Assembly (NCBI GenBank): GCA_002633005.1
Contig: NMRA01000778.1
Location: 1 to 64,000 of the forward strand
Reading direction: 5' to 3'
Length of the DNA: 64,000 nucleotides
DNA from: Phoronis australis
Lineage: Eukaryota > Animalia > Phoronida
Below are positions 1 to 14,700 of this stretch, piece by piece. The translations under genes and the position numbers were made by a program. Under the pieces are notes generated by a model. That model was not told where the DNA came from and made no database searches. It saw nothing but the letters and a program-made list of their open reading frames with translations. How positions within the stretch are numbered: the stretch's first letter is position 1; each line of letters opens with the position of its first letter.

Positions 1-871
1 AACTCCTCAGTATCGCACTGGTAAAACAACAACGGCTGAGGCGGTCTTCCACCCATTGCGTACAAACTCGATAAAAGAAAAATATATTTTTAAAATTTTT
101 AGATTGTTTCGTAGCAACAGGTGTACTAAAGGCTATTAAATCTGTTACGATGTAATAATATAATTCCTTTTTGAGACACAGGGTCATGGTGGGAACTCTT
201 TAATTTCCTGAAAAGACCTTAGCTCTCGGTGTATGCATCCATATCGGAACGTTTTTGTTGGATTAGAGTTAAATTTTTGGCCAATTGCTGGCCGGGGACT
301 TAGTAATGAGACTCAAACAGCATAACAAAGGACAAGCACTGCTTTTTGACAAGCCCAAAATACGTTGTAGACTTAAGTAACTTAGTCGATTCCCTATCTG
401 GGACTGTTTCATGCAACCGGGTACTCAGTGAACTCCTCATTTGCGTAGGCCTACAATCGGTTTAACCGCTGTCAGAGCACGTCAATTAAAACCCAGTGAA
501 AAAAATGTCGTTCTTGTTACCTGAATCAGAAAACATTCAATTCCAGTAAAATAATTGAAATTTTGGTACGACTGGACATTTATATTCTTATTAGGTTCAA
601 TAAGCGTCACACTATTTGCAGACACTGTGCCTTGTGCGTCACCACTAAACATCTGACTAATCTTGTGTCGCACTCACGAGTCTTTTACTTGAGCGTTTAA
701 TCACTTACGACATTTTCTTATCAATTACATTTAGATGAACTAGTCTAATCCTGTGGATGAAGGTTTCAAAATAAGATGTTATGAGTAAATTAAATTGTTA
801 AGATGGGATGGTCTCGTGTTTGTATCTCATGGTTCCGAACATAACAGAGGAGTTGTCTTTGCTCAAAGGTC

Positions 872-2196
872 ATGCATGTATATTTTCTCTCACTTCTTTA
901 CACTTTTGACTCTTTAAGTCATTCAATTTTGCTTGACAAACTTTTATATTATGGTTGTAACCCCTTGTCATTAAGTTTCTTGAGAAACCATTTCTCTAAT
1001 CGGGCTCAGTATGTTCAAATTAACAACACAAAATCTAACACAGTTCCAGTTCTACGAGGTGTCCCACAGGGTTCTACATGTATATTGGGTCCGTTATTAT
1101 TCTTCATTTATATGAATGATTTTGTGAAGTGCACAAGTTTCTTTGACTGCATACTCTATGCTGATGATACTACTATTATTAATCGTATTCATAGCACGTT
1201 GTCTGTTAATGAGTCACGCATGTTTTGTGCGGAGCTGGAGAAAATTCAGTCTTGGTTAAACGTAAATGAACTGGTTTTAAATGCAACTAAAACAAAATTC
1301 ATGGTTTTTCATAAACCCCCAAAGCGTATTGATGATTTTCATTTAAAGTTTAATAATTTGGAAATTGAAAGAGTTCGTTCTTTCAGTTTACTTGTTGTTA
1401 CCATCAACGAAAACTTGTCATGGAGTCCACACATAAACAATTTGTTGAGAAAGATAAGCAGATGAAACTTTGAAAACTAAATATAATGGCCTTGTCCGTC
1501 CTCATTTTGGTTATGGCATTATGCTATGGGGGTGTGAACATCATAGAATATTTAAATTACAGAAAAAGGTTATTCGCAATATTACCTATAGTCATTTTAA
1601 TGCCCATACAGATCCTTTATTTAAGACTACACAGTTACTTAAAATAAAGGACTTGTATGTTGTTGCTATTATTAAATTTTTCTACAAATATGTTCATAAT
1701 TACTTAGTTACCTTCATTTTTAACACGTTCAATTTAATAACTCGTGGGTCTGTTCATGAACATTACACTAGGCAACGACATCTTTTACATACTCCCCGTT
1801 GTACTAAATCATTTGTTGAAGATTCAGTTCGAAATGCCCTACCTCATATCATTAATAACCTTCCTGAAAGTGTCTCCCAAAAACTTTTTACCCATTTGTT
1901 ATCCTCTGTTATAAGTTATTTTAAGAATGTTTGTTTTGAAAATTATGAACTTGAGTGCACTATTCCCAACTGCTTTGTATGTAACTATTTTCGATTATCT
2001 CTCCCAGTCTTTACACAAGTAGTTTTAAACTACATCATCACCTAATTTTTATAGTTCTGCTTATCTGTAACGCTGTATTTTTTCTTTCTTATTCTCTGGT
2101 GGCTCCGTGGTCAGCGGACCTCTCGGGTCCTTCACCGGAGTCTCCATAAGCGTAAATCTGTATCAACTGTATTTTGACTTAAAGTGAATAAAGTGT

Positions 2197-2200
<4 letters not shown>
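872..2200 (+). mobile_element. 5'-truncated, degenerate CR1/L2-clade (Crack/Daphne-like) LINE: RT domain, C-terminus and 3' UTR
   Basis: ORF 872-1465 has RT motifs FDSLSHSILLDKL, GVPQGS..LGPLLF.IYMND and YADDTT. ORF 1470-2045 continues with RPHFGYGIMLWG, LQKKVIR and HTDPLFK and ends CxxxxCxxC. The 3' UTR has a GGACC/GGTCC hairpin (~2116-2130), AATAAA at ~2187 and then a (CTA)n tail. Confidence 0.9.
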
Positions 2201-2811
<611 letters not shown>

Positions 2812-3005
2812 TCACACCCAAAGTCGAATATTCCGAAGTGGTTCATGTTATATTCCATTACATACATTCATTCAATCACAAGTAAAACCGAGCTCAGACG
2901 AGTTCTACAATGCACGATCATTGTCTGCCAGTAAAGCCAGGATTAGAGCCCGGGTCTCCAAACCGGGAGTTCGGAGCTCAAACCACTGACTAGCCTCACT
3001 GTCTC
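2812..3005 (-). mobile_element. tRNA-derived SINE with (TAG)n tail
   Basis: The minus strand reads TAGTCAGTGG (A-box-like, 2992-2983), then GGGCTCTAATCC (B-box-like, ~2951-2940) at tRNA-like spacing, and runs into the microsatellite. Confidence 0.55.
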
Positions 3006-6000
3006 CTCGGTGCAAACCATATTAATCAGGATCCCAACCATTTACGTTTGTATAAGACTGCAGACGACACCACATTTGATTTTTTAAGACAATTACATTG
3101 TTGAATATTGACTCCTAACTTTTCACTGAAGTATGCACATTTTGGTTGTTTAAGGATAATTTAATGGTTGTAAAGTAAGAATAATAGAATGTCGTCACCA
3201 TACAATAACTGTTTTATCGTCCACTTGTGAGTTGAAAGACAGAAGCTAGTGTCAATTTTGCTGAACTTTTTTCACCCGTAGAAAAGTTTAAGGACGAAAA
3301 AACTGACAAATCATTTGACCTAAAAGCTTTCGACTACCTTGAGGACCCCGATAAGCTCAGGAAAACATCCTGTGCTCAAAGAGGGGCAATGAACAACGAA
3401 ATGACGCTTGTTCTTCGAGAAAAATAAAACCCCAGGCTGATACCATGGTCATGGTATCTAAAATCATCACATAAATAATTTACACAAAATGTATAAATAT
3501 AAAAATCGATGCAAAAGTGTTTCAGTAACATCAACACCTTTAAAATTCACTGAATGGGATCAAGTCCCTGGTTCTAAAGACACTGGGACTAAAAACCTGC
3601 GGAAACCTCGACCACGACGCTAAGTTTCGGAACAATAAAGCCCGAGGAATGAAAACTGAAGGAGTTCGTCTTTACCTGGATAGGTTAGCGTTTTTGTAAC
3701 TTGCTTATTGCCTCACTAGTCCCGGTTTTAGGAACTGTACCTGCTATTCTCGTAAATTCATTTTAATAAAAACAACAGAAAAGGTTCGCAGTTTCTTTAA
3801 TCATAACATGCGATAGTGTGACAAAGAGCCTTCAGAACAAATAACATTCCCGAAAGGTCAAATGAGTCTGCTTAAAGTTTCTCTTCCAGGCTGAGCACAA
3901 AAGTTGTCATTCCCATTATTCGATACTGCCACGTCCTTCTTGCTTGAAAGACTGACTTTACTAGAAACGAGTGCTTGCTGTTAGGGTATAATTTATCAAA
4001 TTATCTAGTATAAATTGTACTGATATATTATGAAATACACTTAGAAATATTAGCCAATCCTCCTCCTGAGCACTTGAAAAAGAAAATGGGACAAAGTGGT
4101 CGTGTGACGATTCGTCCATGTAAAATTATTGATTTTACGCTTCAAGGCGACCTCGTTTTTTAGTGTTTTGCTGATAACAACTGATTCTGTTTCCTCCTGT
4201 AGACGGACTTCACTTCTCAATGCCGCATGCCACCAATTCTCAGGCCGATTGACGATAATTCTGCGGATCATAAGGATTTTAGCAACCAATTCTTTTTCCC
4301 CGTCCGCTACCCCGACCTTGCCATAGTGGGGCATGGTTTACGCTAGCTTAAAAATACAAATACACAATCACGGTGAATCTCACGCTTAACGGATATGAAA
4401 AATGGCAGTTTCATGTTAACAGTCGCAAAAAAGCCTTCCTTTACCTTCGGAGAGGTGTCCTGGTATTTTCAAACGAACAATTACATGCATACAAACTGAA
4501 AATTTTGACTATGAAAGAGTAATAGAAAGCGATACTGTTCAGCTCCACTTCAAAAATTTGTCATGGTCACGAAATAAGCGCGTGGGCCTTGCACACGTGC
4601 GCGTGTGTGCGTGGCAAATTATGTATCCACATGTCTGTTTGTATGTGCATGTTTAACTAGAATCATACATATCTTAGACACTAGAGTGTATGAACATACG
4701 TGAAAAGTTGTTTGATAAAAAATATTTAAGCGTGTGACTTAAGACGACGCTTTATCAAAAATGTCTAGATGGTGTGTCGGAGACTTGTTAGCAGGAAAAA
4801 AGTATCAGAACTGAAAGCATGACACAAACACCAAGGTCGTGATGCCAAAGAGTCATGTGAAGTGCAGAGTAGTACTTGAAGCTTATTGGCTCAATACCGA
4901 TCAAGCTCTTCTGGTTGACTTTATAAAAATGAGCCTGTTCGGCCATTGCAATAGGAAGTTCTTTGAACACCGAGGTAAGTTAGGCTAATACGATTATTGT
5001 GTTGACGTGTTTTCAGGACTTGTACATGTACATGTATCTTCACTGCCGAATCGTTGAACATTGGGCACAGGGTGAAGGCTGGAGGGCACAGTTACCATAT
5101 TTCTAATCGCGCTGTCAATATTCTTACTTCTTAATTTTAGTGCAACACGTGACTAAAACGACGATCGAAATGAACGATATCAAACTTTTACTATTTTAAA
5201 TCGCAGCCTCTAGCCCTGGACTGCCAACTCCGATCTCGCGGTCGCTGAGGTTGAGCCGCGCATACATGAGAGTTGTTTACATTCGTTTGTTCCAGTATAT
5301 GTACATGCACTTGCTATAGAATTTACTGTCATTAAAACTTTTCGGAACTCCGTCGTTTGTCAACCGAATTGGATAAAATTCACGTCGTTAGAAACGACTG
5401 TGTGAGTTCTTGATGATTGTACCGGAAGCAAAGATAAATAATTCAAATCATAGGTAATTACCATACCTGACAGGTTTAAAGTATTTTTAATTAAAAAACC
5501 AAGAGTGTTATCGACCAAAATGCGAAAGAAAACAGCGTATAGTAGTAAAGTAAAAAGAAAGTGAACCAGAGATGTTATACACTGTATAAACGACTAGTTA
5601 AGCCATTAACAGAGTAATTTTAAAGAATCAAAAAATTTCTACCCTTTAAAGACAAAGTTTTTGGTATATGAATCCCTCACATTTGCTTTGGATATTTTTT
5701 CAGGAATCCATCAAACATTGTAGTAATTTTTATGCATTATAATTATTTGAAAATGGTGCCGTTTTTTACAATCACAATCTTCAGTAAAAATTCAGAATGC
5801 CGCGACACTTTCGAAAAATGCGATAAACAACTCCAAGTATACATCCGAAATTTGCAGATATATGTTTTCTAATTGATAACAAATAGGAAACCTTCTATCA
5901 CTTACACTGTTGCTTTGAAATGTGCTGTATGTGGCTCATCATATTGGTTGGAAGTAAGAATTTCCAAAAAGTAAAATTTAGTGATCCTGATTTATCCTGT

Positions 6001-6780
6001 ACATGTTACCATAAACAAGTGACATTGGAACATATGTTTACGATTTTTGCGCAATACTAAAGAAAATGGATATGGAAAATATCAGCATTCATAGAAAGGG
6101 ACAACGTTATTTCAACAACAATTGAATAGTTGTCACAGTCAACATCAAAGAACGAAAAAACGGAGCAATTTGATTGAAAAGCGGGACTTCAGGATAAAAT
6201 GCGGGACATCTGGATTCAAGGCAAGACGTAAGGGTGAAATATTTGCTGCAACACAAAAAACATACTGTCAGCGTTTTTTTGTTGAGCGGGAGATGTAAAA
6301 CAAGAAAATGCCCGACAGCGTTCTTGTTGTTTTAATAGTTGTATGGGATATTGAGGGTGCTGCAAAATGGGAAATTGAAGGCGCCGCAAAAACCCACAAA
6401 ACGTACCGTTTTCTTCTGTTTAGTTGAGCAAGAAAATATGGCCAAGTCGCGTGGGAAATTACAATTATACAATGTACATTACAATTGTCATTTTGGCCGT
6501 GTGTCAAAAAGCGGTAAATTTAGATGGTGTGGCGGAACGGCGGAAAAAATAAAGAATGTGGGTCGGTCCGACAAGAGCGGGGCAACTTGCAAATTCACTT
6601 TACGCCGTCAGCAACATGAAGTACTAGATTAGTTTCTTTTAAAAAGTAAACTTATCATTTTTTTAAATTTTATTTCGCTATATAGATGAATACCACCGTT
6701 AAGAGTAGGTCTGTTTCTCAGATACCGAATTACATGGCACAAACAGATTGTCATAGAAACAATTGAAAACGGTAATATTA

Positions 6781-6848
6781 CACACAAACACACGCACCGC
6801 GCGTGTGCCCACGCACACACACACACACACACACGCATACACACACAC
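6781..6848. repeat. (CA)n microsatellite
   Basis: Directly visible imperfect CA repeat. Confidence 0.9.
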
Positions 6849-9800
6849 TAAACAGATATGAGTAATATTGTGACAACTACGTTACCACACCAGTCTTACG
6901 GCCAAATGTAACTTATTCTCGTAAAATACTGTAACATGATTTTAACTCCAAAAAATCTCTTCTTGAAAAACTCCTGGCATGTAGTATGGCCGGTTGTTGA
7001 AAGTGGTTCTACAACTGGAGTTGAAAAGAAATCAGAGGTCAAACTACTCCCGGCATCCACCATTGGCCCACAGGTCGATGCTTACAAAGAATGACCAGTA
7101 CCAATTGTCGGGTTTATTGACTAATTTTAACAAGAAATCGCTGATTGTATAGAACCGTACCTCTAGAGCCTCGCTTGATGAACAATAATAACAAAATGAA
7201 TGTGAAGTAATGAAATTAGTTTTGATTTGATAACTACAACTCTCGATCAAAACTCTGTCCATCTGGCAGCTGGAAATTCTAAATACAAACTCACTCAGCT
7301 AGTCTCGGGGTCGCAATAATAGAATACATGTACATACATGTAGGCCTCGTGTGTCAGTTGGCATTCCAGTTTTAGATTAGAATTCTAAATTCAGACCAAG
7401 AAAATTTGATAGAAAAACGAAATTTTATGAGTTATAAATCATCATTTCGGTTCGGTAAAACTGTTTTGTGTTTATTACTGGAGAAACCTACGAAATGTTG
7501 TCATAATGACAACTGCCATTTATTTATTCTCTTGAGGATGGTAAACATTTAATATGAAAAGTTGATACATGTCGGGATATTCGAGAACAAGCTAAATGTT
7601 AACAGAGGTATTCAGAATAACAAAGTCCTTTCTTCACTTTATACTTAAGTGCGTCTACAGCCAACAGATCTTTTCAGGCAATCCAGTCATTTCAATGCCA
7701 GGACCCGCGTGAAATCTCTTTACTCCAAATTCGACTGAAACTTTGATAAACTGTGTGTCAATTGTTCGAGCCAGCTTGCAAATTTGTGCTCGAATCACGA
7801 GCGTGATTGTTTAAATATCGAGGCTATGTACGAGTTAAGTCTGAGTTTGGATGCTGGTTTGACCCAATGCTGGTCAACTTCCCAATGACGCGCTGTACAT
7901 GTACTAGATATAAATATACTATTAAGCCATCTTTGTGGAGTTAATTGAACTGTTTGCGCGGAAAATCCCCCTGCACAAGCTTATATTTACACAATAGCGA
8001 GACACAGGGTCAAGGGAAGTTGCGGGTGGGATTGATGAAACAATTCCAGTAGAGGCTCAACTATGTTCCCAAACTTGTTAGCGCATTTTCGAACATTGAA
8101 TATCCTTGATATTCTATAGTCATTGCTACAGTGTACGTCACGTTTAAACTAATTAATTCATAACAACAGTAAAATATACGTTGAATTTTAGTGAGTAAGC
8201 AAAGTCTACTATTGCACTCCAAATTAAGGGAACATAGTTGGATTCCCTACCGCTACTGTTTCATGCAACTGACCGCAGGTGTCAGGGTTGTATACCAGAG
8301 GACAGAGAGACCTGATGGAACCGCACATTGCAGCTACAAGTAGTGAAACGTTTCTACCTGAAGGGTTTCAACACGCTGCAGTGGGTCCGAACCCACATGT
8401 CCAATTGTTTTTTGTATGTTCTATATTTATTTACTTTAGATCTATTATTACATAACCCATTTCCTCTTTATCATGTGGTATCAGGTAAACAATAATGGGG
8501 AAGATCGTCGCCATTTTCTGCTTGCTCGTCGTTTTCTGCACTCTCGCCATGGAATGCGAAGCATCGTGGATTAAGACGAAACGTCCTATAAGAGCAAAGC
8601 TGATGTTGAACATCATAAGGCGCAGAGTCTTCACCTTGCTGTAAGTTCAAATAAGAGCCTTAAAGCCTGTTTAACGGGCGAACAGTGTTCCAGACATTAA
8701 TTCTTCCAAAACGTGCAGAGCAAATTGAAAGAAATTTTAAGTTCAAGTTGGAATTTCTGGTTCTGCAACACAAATTTCTTTCAAAGTTGAACGACGGATT
8801 TAACTGTCTAAAAATGATAGCAACACGATACTTAAACTCAAGCAAAAAACGAGCAAAAAGCTCATATTGATAAATCTATTCTTGAATTGGTAAAAACAAA
8901 TGGTTTATGACTGTGTGTTTTAAGTCACGGCACCATCGACTGATTTTCTGGTATGCTCAGTGATGACTTTAGTCTTCCACTTTTAAAGAGACATGAACTA
9001 CATATTTCAGCATTTTGACATGAGTTTTGAAAGCATGAAGGTTGGTTACTGGAATTCACATCTTATTAAATAGAGCACAGTACTTCACTTTTACTTTGAC
9101 AAATAAAAGTCTATTACTAACGTAAAGTCCCACCACGAGCTCTGTTTTTCGTGACGTCACTGAGGCTGTACACAAAGAGATATACGTCATTGGCCGTGCG
9201 AGTACTCATTTCATTAGATGGATCAACCTGTGCTTACTCACAACTTTTTTTTTCTTCGCGGGGCCTAGCCAACCACTGAGCTAGCTGTATGAAGAGTATC
9301 GTCTTTATTGTACTGAATATTTAATTATAAACATTGAAAACGAGGGCCTTGAAGGTACATTATGCTTGCTCTGTCCAGTTAATTGAAATTAAGCTGAAAT
9401 TAAGGTATACATCAGGATGGCTTATTTCTTCAGGTTATGCTTTGAACGAACGAACTAGCCTGGGTGTTTTAGTTTTAAAATTCGTCTTGTCTAGATCAGT
9501 ATTTGAAACCTAGCACATCAAATAATTGGGAGAATAATAAAATTAAGAAAACAGAATTGATGGTCAAATAGTTTTTAGCTTCAACTACCAGCCTCTTTTT
9601 ATATTTTAATAAAAAAATTGTTAACAAGTCCAATCATTCTTGCAGATCAATGATAGCTCAACTGTTAGTCCTCAGGTTGTCCCTAACTCACTACTAGGGG
9701 CTAGGCTATGCATGATTTTAATATTCTTCAACAAGCAATTAAACAAGATGTGAATTGCATACGACAGCAAAATGCGACGAGCCGCCACTGTGAAATATAT

Positions 9801-11484
9801 CTTCATCTCGCCAAAAATACGAGCTGATGACCTGGTTCGTGTAGAAACCATTTTTATCAACAATTTACAAGATCAATGTAACATCGCACTCAGCATATAT
9901 CTAATCCGTAACACTGACGATCGCCACAATTTGATCATTTTGTACTTTTCATGTTTCGTACGCAGTTTGCCGAAAAGACTTCTACCTTTCGTCAAACCAC
10001 TGGTTGGTGCATTGATGTATTTTTCTCTATTTCTTTGGTTCGACTCGACAGACCATCCATTTAACTCACGCAATGTGAACTTCCGCTTTGTTCTTCGCAG
10101 TGAGCCTCGCTTTGGATTTTAATGTCCGCTACGTGCATAACCTGTATAAGGCAACAGGTGACGGCGCCGAAAGTCGCGCACCCCAATTTCAGCAGCAGAG
10201 TTAACGGTAGAACGCCAATTTAGCAATTTTGAGATTTTTCTCGAACCCAAACATTTGTTCCGAAAATTTATTGAAAAAAATAATCATGAAAACACTGGAT
10301 TTTTCCCTATTAAAGGTGTGTCTTATAGACCATTGATCAATTATTGATCTTTGCAGTCTCATGGCCTGTAAATCAATGTGTGATGACGGGCACGAAGGGT
10401 GCGAAAACTGCAAAACAGCATTGAAAAAAGATGACAGACCAGTAAGTAGCACCGGCAGCTTTGAACTCCCATTCCGTTATCTCAGCTGTCCTTTTGCCAT
10501 CGATGAATTATAGTGAACCTTACCTGCAATCAGTCTGTCTCAAAAAGAACGAACATCAGCAAATATACGTGCTTACAGTGTACGCGGTGTAGAATGCTAC
10601 TCAAAACTGCAAATAGAATCAACAATTTTCTCAAATGTTGCCTTAACGTGATTCCACACTATCATATTTCTCGTTCGATGCTAAGCTGGGGAAGTGCCAG
10701 ACATGAACTCTTTGACAGGCTCACAAAGTAAAGGTAAATTTGAGTTTCCATAAGGGCTGACAATTACATTTTAAGTGTTTTGTTTTAAAATCATTCTAGA
10801 TTGCGTTTCCTCTCCTTGCGGAGTTCATAAAGAGTGTTCTAGAAGATGACACAGACACAGATACGTCACAGGAGACGAAATCTCTTGGTGGGTGGAAATT
10901 TACGATATTGTGTCCCCGTTCTATTGCTTTTGATAAATTAATGATGCAAAAAGCCTAAACTGGTTTTCAAATGACGTTTTCCATCATGACACTTTTTGGT
11001 AACCCAAACAGTCAGTTTCACGAAAATTTAGTCTAACTCACAGCAGAACATAAATTACGATTAGAGCTCTGTTTTCGGAGATATATTTAAGCTTCGCACA
11101 GCAATAGCAAAAACTTTACTCTGTGATGAAAAATTGTCGTCTAAGACAAAAGGGCCGCTTCGCTCTGGTTTGAACAAAGCGACTCAACACATTTTTGTAG
11201 CAAGGTTGATAGACTCCTGTCGTTATTTTATTAATTGTTGTTGTCCAGGACCGATGGTGTTACTGTAACGAACGTTGTAAAATTAGGATATACATTTTGA
11301 TGAAACTAGTATTTGCAAATTTTTAACCGCAGAAATCATCGATTTTTGAGAGATCGTTGTCTGTAGGATTTGTTGGCATAGTACATGAAAATCGCTTTGA
11401 ATTGTTGAATGCACTGAGGGAAGACTTGTGACTTGATGTTTCTGAGTTAAACTTTGGTACTCTTTGCCATAAACACTGAACTTT

Positions 11485-11710
11485 TATCATCTCCATCACA
11501 ATCACCATCACCATCATAGTCACCACTTCCACCATCACCACCCGCAATCATTAAAAGCGTCGTAGTCATCAATATCACCGTCGTGCCCATCACTACAACT
11601 GCGACCATTATCGACATCATCGACACCATCACTATTATCGACATCATCACCATTATTGTCATCTTGACCGTCACAATCGTCATTTGATCATCAAACAACG
11701 TCATCATGTC
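11485..11710. repeat. Degenerate (CAT/CAC)n low-complexity tract
   Basis: Imperfect trinucleotide repeat that produces spurious Met/Val/Ile-rich ORFs. Similar tracts lie at ~21420-21620 and ~34190-34320. Confidence 0.8.
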
Positions 11711-14700
11711 GTCTATTATTTCAATTTGTACCTCTGTGCACATTGTCAAATTTTGAACCCTTTTCCTTCTACATTTCTCCTGTCAAAATGTATAGAAAAC
11801 TGGATTGTTACCTGGAATGCTGTGGTTGAGGTGGACGCCATTTAATTCCGGTGTCTATATATTGCATTGTCGTTTCATAAATTCCATGCATTTGAATAAA
11901 GTTTCCACGAAAAGAAACGCCAAAGCTTGGTTCCTGGAGAAGTTGCAAAGAAATCATGGCTTGTGACTTAAAATCTAAAACGCCGTTGGATAATGAATTG
12001 TTAAAATGTTTCAGTCATTTGAAAATTAATATCCTAAATAACTATATCATGTTTAAGTTGAATTCAATGTTTAGAGTCCTTTTGAATCACTTATGTTATT
12101 GCAGGAATCCAACAAGATTACGTCAATTAACTAAATGAACGTGGCTTTGGAGAGAAAGAGACGAATAGATAAGGCATGTATCGTAGTATGTTAGACGTCC
12201 ATTGCTCCAGCGATAGTACGTATCCGTGTCCATGAGGAATCGGTTTAAGGCACGGCTACGTGGGTTGCATATCTAGTCTCATTTGATCATCCGAGAACCT
12301 CACGGTTCTTGCCATTTGCAGGCTGCAGACGTGATTTAGCTGCACAGTTTAGAAGTCTCTTGCCAAAGCACACCTGTCTTCATATATGATTAAGACTCAA
12401 AGACTGGTTCTTTTTATAGTATGCACTTCAAGGGATTTTAAAATATTTTACCAGTTTCTACATTTGTTTAATTTGATATGAGCTGTTCTTTCAACTCTTT
12501 ATAGTATGAAGTAAACCTAACTGATAAAAACATGGCATTTGTTCATTTGATTTTGTGATGAATACATTTGTTCAATTATATTTTAACTCCGCACATTTCA
12601 TTTTCATTTTCAGAAAATCGAAGATGAAATCGTTACTGGAACTTTTTAATTTTTCATAAATGTTACAGAAGTGTCAACTTGTGATAGCCACTCTTGACAT
12701 ACTTATCCCGATATCAGTTTGGGTATAACGCTAAAAGTGTAGTATCTGAAGGTTTCTTTTAATGTGATCGGCCATTTCTGAGGTGTTTACCAAATTTGAA
12801 AGATTTTCGAGACTTAAACTTAATTTCAACATATTCCCTTAATTTTCAGAGCCAGTTCAAGATTGCGCCACGCACCGTATGACGAGTTCAGACATTCCAC
12901 ACTTCGCTTTTGTTCGAGTTGTTCTTGCCGCTGTTCATATCATGAAATAAACGTAACTAAACAAAAATGACGATTGTTCATTTATTCTGTGATGAAAAAC
13001 GATACAGTTGATTTCATTTTGAGATCGTTGAAGTTCAGTATCAGATCTATTCACTTTAGAGGGTTTCATAAGGCTGGATGTCCCCATTTAATTAATATAA
13101 TGTTCTTATTGACAAAAGTGAAAACGCTTTTCCAGATTACCTGTTTGCTCAGCCTGATAGAATATCCCCCATCAGCTTGATGGAGTAACCCCCCTTCAGC
13201 CTGATGGAGTAACCGCCTTCCCCTCCCGCAAAAAATATCGAGTTGATCGGCTGCTGACTGTTATACTTTCATAGTCCGGTATAATGACCGTGAGGACAAG
13301 CAACCAACTTCTAACAGGCGCCATTATATAAGCACATGCCACGCACTTTCTGTGAAAAAGCGGTATCCATATTTTCGTGTCAAAGAACCAAGGTCCATGA
13401 TGAGAGCTATTTTCTGAGCCTCGAAGGAAAGTCTTGGTGTCACCGTATACTCGTTTGAAACAGCGCACATGAGGAAACTCAGGACAGAGAAAGGTCTTGG
13501 TTTTGAGTTCGGGTTGTCAGAGAGGCTGTTTGGGTAAACTCCAACCTAACCCTTTATAGAACAGACACGATGGAGTCAGGTCTTAATAGCCCAACGCCTT
13601 GAAGTTGCTGACTACAAAAATCGTCTAGGAAAACAACATTTTTGGAGGAAACAATCAGCCACCAGCCCTCAGAAGAAGGAGCCAGGCGGCTCCGTAAAAT
13701 CGGAAAATGTGTTTTCAGACTGATTTATTCTTTACTTTTTGCATCGTGCAGTAAATCGTTCAGTTAAATCAATCACTCAACTCCATTGGGTCCATGGTGA
13801 AATTGAATGTAATTAGGAAAGCTAACTTCAAAAGATTTTGTCCTTATAGAACAGTCAAAACAGATGGCTCTGCGAATAAAGAAAATATAAATGCCAACCG
13901 ACTAGAGCGACGTCTTTCATGAAAATGGCTTTGTTACTAAACCGAATGCAGCAGCAAAGAGGGGTGCACGTATTTGACCTCTCTCTATTCGCTCAACCCA
14001 TGACGATAAAAATAAGAAAAGGTTTGCACAGTGAATGTTTTGTAATTGAATCTCAATTGAAAAGAAAGTTATCGCATAATCTAAAGTCATGCAGGGCATC
14101 TCGAAAAGATGTAACTGCTGACATCGTGACGCACAAAGAACGAATTTGTGCTTAGTCGGTTTTTGGGGTTGTTGACTTGAAATGTGAATCCTACAATAAA
14201 TTTGGCTTTTCTTAGGACAGTTGTTAAGTGGTATAACTGATAAAACCTATAGAATCAAAAAATCTACATGGCCCGTAACAGAATTGACTGAAATTTTAAT
14301 ACACTCATTAACTGCACTGAAATTAATTTTTACTTGAAACGTGCAAAAGTTTCAGTTTAAAATGACCTCTTTTGGTAACAGACCTAATCCGTGTAGATTA
14401 CGGATTGATATTCGATATCGTGTAGTGTATAATATTCATTCCCCACTCCAAAAAATGTATTTTTCAAGACATGCAATTACCCCCCCCCCCTTCCTGGGGG
14501 CACTCGTTTTATTTAAGGGCCCAAACTCAAACTACGTTATTGGTAAGGATATGCGAAGTTGCAACAAAATGACTCTTGAAATTGGTGGACGATGAATAAA
14601 AGTTACAACAATACAGACCAAAAGTCTGGTGTTTTTTATTTTATGCATAGAAATTCATTTCTGGTTGCCAAGTACTTGGTTCTCAGTAATATAAAATGTA

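Noticed and set aside
4050-4334. 94-aa minus-strand ORF starting MPHYGKV
   Set aside because: Faint resemblance to a THAP start, but no conserved Cys/His and no splice support.
4790-4980. Strong donor GAG|GTAAGT at ~4975 preceded by a short open frame
   Set aside because: No recognisable protein and no partner exon; it could be a UTR or ncRNA exon but this cannot be supported.
7999-8290. Degenerate inverted repeat sharing GATTCCCTA..CTGTTTCATGCAAC with ~385-420
   Set aside because: Probably an old MITE family, but the ends and TSD cannot be defined.
11323-11749. Hydrophobic Met/Val/Ile-rich ORFs (also 21363-21686 and 34117-34449)
   Set aside because: Products of (CAT)n low-complexity tracts, not membrane proteins.
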